Part shown: one piece after another, positions 61,932 through 64,000 of the stretch
How positions within the stretch are numbered: position 1 is the first letter of the stretch
Layout of the letters: the number at the start of each line of letters is the position of its first letter
Origin: Promethearchaeota archaeon
GTDB taxonomy: Archaea > Asgardarchaeota > Lokiarchaeia > Sigyniarchaeales > SOKP01
Assembly: GCA_016839705.1 (NCBI GenBank)
Contig: JAEOTR010000044.1
Span: forward strand, 1 to 64,000
DNA: 64,000 nt
Direction of reading: 5' to 3'
Notes under the pieces: generated by a model
Database searches by the model: none
What the model was told of the DNA's origin: nothing
Seen by the model: only the letters and a program-made list of their open reading frames with translations
Translations under genes and position numbers: made by a program

Positions 61932-62107
61932 CGATTCTCACCTAATTATATGTTGTTTCTCCTTACATTAGAATTTAACATTTATACGCTATAAAAACAA
62001 AGATTTATGATTGATATCTATTAAGGAGATATCTAAAAATTTATTATTTTATATAGATTTTTTTAAAGATCTGCTAGGGAATGTCGAAGATTTAATTCTT
62101 CTTACTT

Positions 62108-63739
62108 TTATAATTCAACAATATTACCACAGTTTAAAATTAAGGATGGATCCAGGACTCTCTTAAGTAGACGCATTTCCTCGAGTTCTTTTTGATTATA
62201 CATTATTTTCAAGTATTCTCGTTTAATTTTACCAATTCCGTGTTCTCCAGAGATGCTCCCACCGTATTTTACTGCTTTTATTGCAAATTTTTCATAAATC
62301 TTTTCACCTAATCGTAATTCCTCCATATTTTGGGGGAGTATGTTTACATGTACATGATTATCTCCAATATGACCAAAAATAACATATTCTAAATTTGCAC
62401 TTTGTAAACCATTATGATAAAATTTCATCATTTTCCTGAAACTATTTTCAGGTACACTCATATCTGTTCCAAGCTTATGTAATTGTGGGAATTGCTGTTT
62501 ACGTTCAGCAATTATTGCATTGATTATTTCAGGTAAAATATGTCTAAAGTGTTTAAATCGAGTAAGATCTTGATTTTCATAACCTGACCAACCGTTTGAT
62601 AAATCAGAATTGCAATTTTCTGCAATACTTCTTAATTCATCAAAAATCTTATCCAGACTTTCTTCTGAGTAGGTGAAATCAAAAAATATAGCCGTTTTTG
62701 CTTCTATGGGGATTTTAGGTACTTTCATTGAGCTAGGATCTTTGCTTTGGACTTTTTTTAGAAGGTCTAATGCTTCCCCAGAAAAAAACTCTATGAATTC
62801 TGGAGATATAATCTCATTTTCTCTCAGTAGTTCAACAAAAGTAATTGAATCCTCTTCAGATTTAAAGAACAAAATATTTGAAACTAATGATCGCTTTTCA
62901 ATAATCCAAATGTCAATTTGTGTGATAATACCTAAAATTCCTTCACTACCAATGAACAGATCAATAAGATCCATATTTGGTTTAGAATAAATTCCTGCTG
63001 CATTTTTTACAGAGGTGTTGAATATATAATTGGGAATTTTAAATTGCAATTTTTGCCCATTCGATTTGTTTATAATAAATTTCCCTTCTTCTGAAGAAAA
63101 ACATTCTCCTCGTTGAATATCTAAAATTTCACCAGATGATAACATGACCCTTAATCCCTTAATCCATTCTCTAGTGGGACCATACTTTAGTGTATTGGCT
63201 CCTGAGGCATTTGTAGCTACGGTTCCACCTATTGTTGCAGACATTTCAGTTGGATCAACAGGATAAAAATAAGATTTTTTTGACGCCATGAATTTTTGTG
63301 TAGCATTTGAAGTAAGTTCAGGGATCTGGTCAAGTTCCTTCTTATTCAAAATATCATCTATTTCCTTTAAGGTGATTCCCGGTTCAGTCCGAATGAAATA
63401 CTTCCCCTTATCTTCATCAATGCCAAATCCGATAATATCCTTCATTTTCTCAGTTGATAAAACAGAATCCCCTGAAGGAACGCATGAACCAACAATCCCT
63501 GTTCGAGCGGCACTGATACATGTTCTAAGGTTATTCTTCCTCAAGAAACTCAGTATTGATGCAATTTCCGCCTCAGATCTAGGAAAAAATAACCAATCTG
63601 CCAGTCCATTTGATTTGCTCTCATCCATTAGATATATTGGAAAATCCGTTAAAATTCTTGATTTTCCGTGAACAGAGCGGATTTCATCAAAAGGAACCTC
63701 TTCCACTATTTTTTCTGAGTTAACAATATGACTGGGCAA
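62108..63739 (-). CDS. FAD-binding oxidoreductase (GlcD / D-lactate dehydrogenase family)
   Basis: PVDPT, GGTVATNASG, GSEGILG, GHIGDNHVH, GEHGIG. Confidence 0.9.
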   Translation of the reverse strand: MPSHIVNSEKIVEEVPFDEIRSVHGKSRILTDFPIYLMDESKSNGLADWLFFPRSEAEIASILSFLRKNNLRTCISAARTGIVGSCVPSGDSVLSTEKMKDIIGFGIDEDKGKYFIRTEPGITLKEIDDILNKKELDQIPELTSNATQKFMASKKSYFYPVDPTEMSATIGGTVATNASGANTLKYGPTREWIKGLRVMLSSGEILDIQRGECFSSEEGKFIINKSNGQKLQFKIPNYIFNTSVKNAAGIYSKPNMDLIDLFIGSEGILGIITQIDIWIIEKRSLVSNILFFKSEEDSITFVELLRENEIISPEFIEFFSGEALDLLKKVQSKDPSSMKVPKIPIEAKTAIFFDFTYSEESLDKIFDELRSIAENCNSDLSNGWSGYENQDLTRFKHFRHILPEIINAIIAERKQQFPQLHKLGTDMSVPENSFRKMMKFYHNGLQSANLEYVIFGHIGDNHVHVNILPQNMEELRLGEKIYEKFAIKAVKYGGSISGEHGIGKIKREYLKIMYNQKELEEMRLLKRVLDPSLILNCGNIVEL

Positions 63740-63857
63740 GATTTTAATTCTCTTTAGCTCTATTAATATCTAAAGATGCTATAGTAAAATAAATATCTAT
63801 TGAGAAAAAAGGTTTAAGGTTTTAATTGCATTCAAAGTAAAAAATTGTTTCAATACA

Positions 63858-64000
63858 TCATTTAATAACGTATACCAATTTTTCTCCTTCTTGTTCTTCA
63901 AGATTCAACTCTCTTCTAATAGCATTTCTAATCAAATATCCCCCAACATGAAGTATAGAATCTTTTAGAATGGAATCTTGATCCATAGAAGCATTACAAG
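63858..64000 (-). CDS. C-terminal end of a hypothetical protein running off the window
   Basis: Open frame ...CNASMDQDSILKDSILHVGGYLIRNAIRRELNLEEQEGEKLVYVIK*. Confidence 0.5.
   Translation of the reverse strand, partial: CNASMDQDSILKDSILHVGGYLIRNAIRRELNLEEQEGEKLVYVIK

Noticed and set aside
63822-63860. Possible Sec readthrough (TGA-TGT, UC) at the end of the last partial ORF
   Set aside because: Would add only ~12 residues and no SECIS-like structure is visible downstream

Overview
AT-rich archaeal chromosomal segment. Longin, roadblock, Rab-like GTPase and gelsolin-like proteins plus archaeal isoprenoid genes point to an Asgard archaeon, most likely Lokiarchaeia (inference). 1.5-14.1 kb is a near-complete mevalonate/archaeal lipid-precursor cluster: HMG-CoA synthase, class II HMG-CoA reductase, UbiD, aconitase-X large and small subunits, an MVD-family decarboxylase, mevalonate kinase, IPK, IDI-2, UbiX and a polyprenyl synthase. 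23-43.7 kb holds two tandem ~2,650-aa single-pass surface proteins (3x DUF2341/LamG, stalk, TM, cytoplasmic longin/DENN-like domain) bracketed by paralogous roadblock-Rab-like GTPase genes. The rest is metabolic and housekeeping genes, two orphan DNA methyltransferases, two 7TM-longin proteins and tRNA-Leu(CAG). Three highlights, the first two missed by the ORF track: (1) the mevalonate kinase gene is split by a 31-nt bulge-helix-bulge (tRNA-endonuclease-type) intron whose predicted cut sites exactly restore the GEH motif; (2) an uncharacterised gene has an in-frame UGA and a eukaryote-like SECIS just after its stop, making it a candidate new selenoprotein family; (3) a putative transmembrane receptor to DENN-like GEF to Rab-like GTPase signalling locus. 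All domain calls are by eye from motifs; no searches were run.
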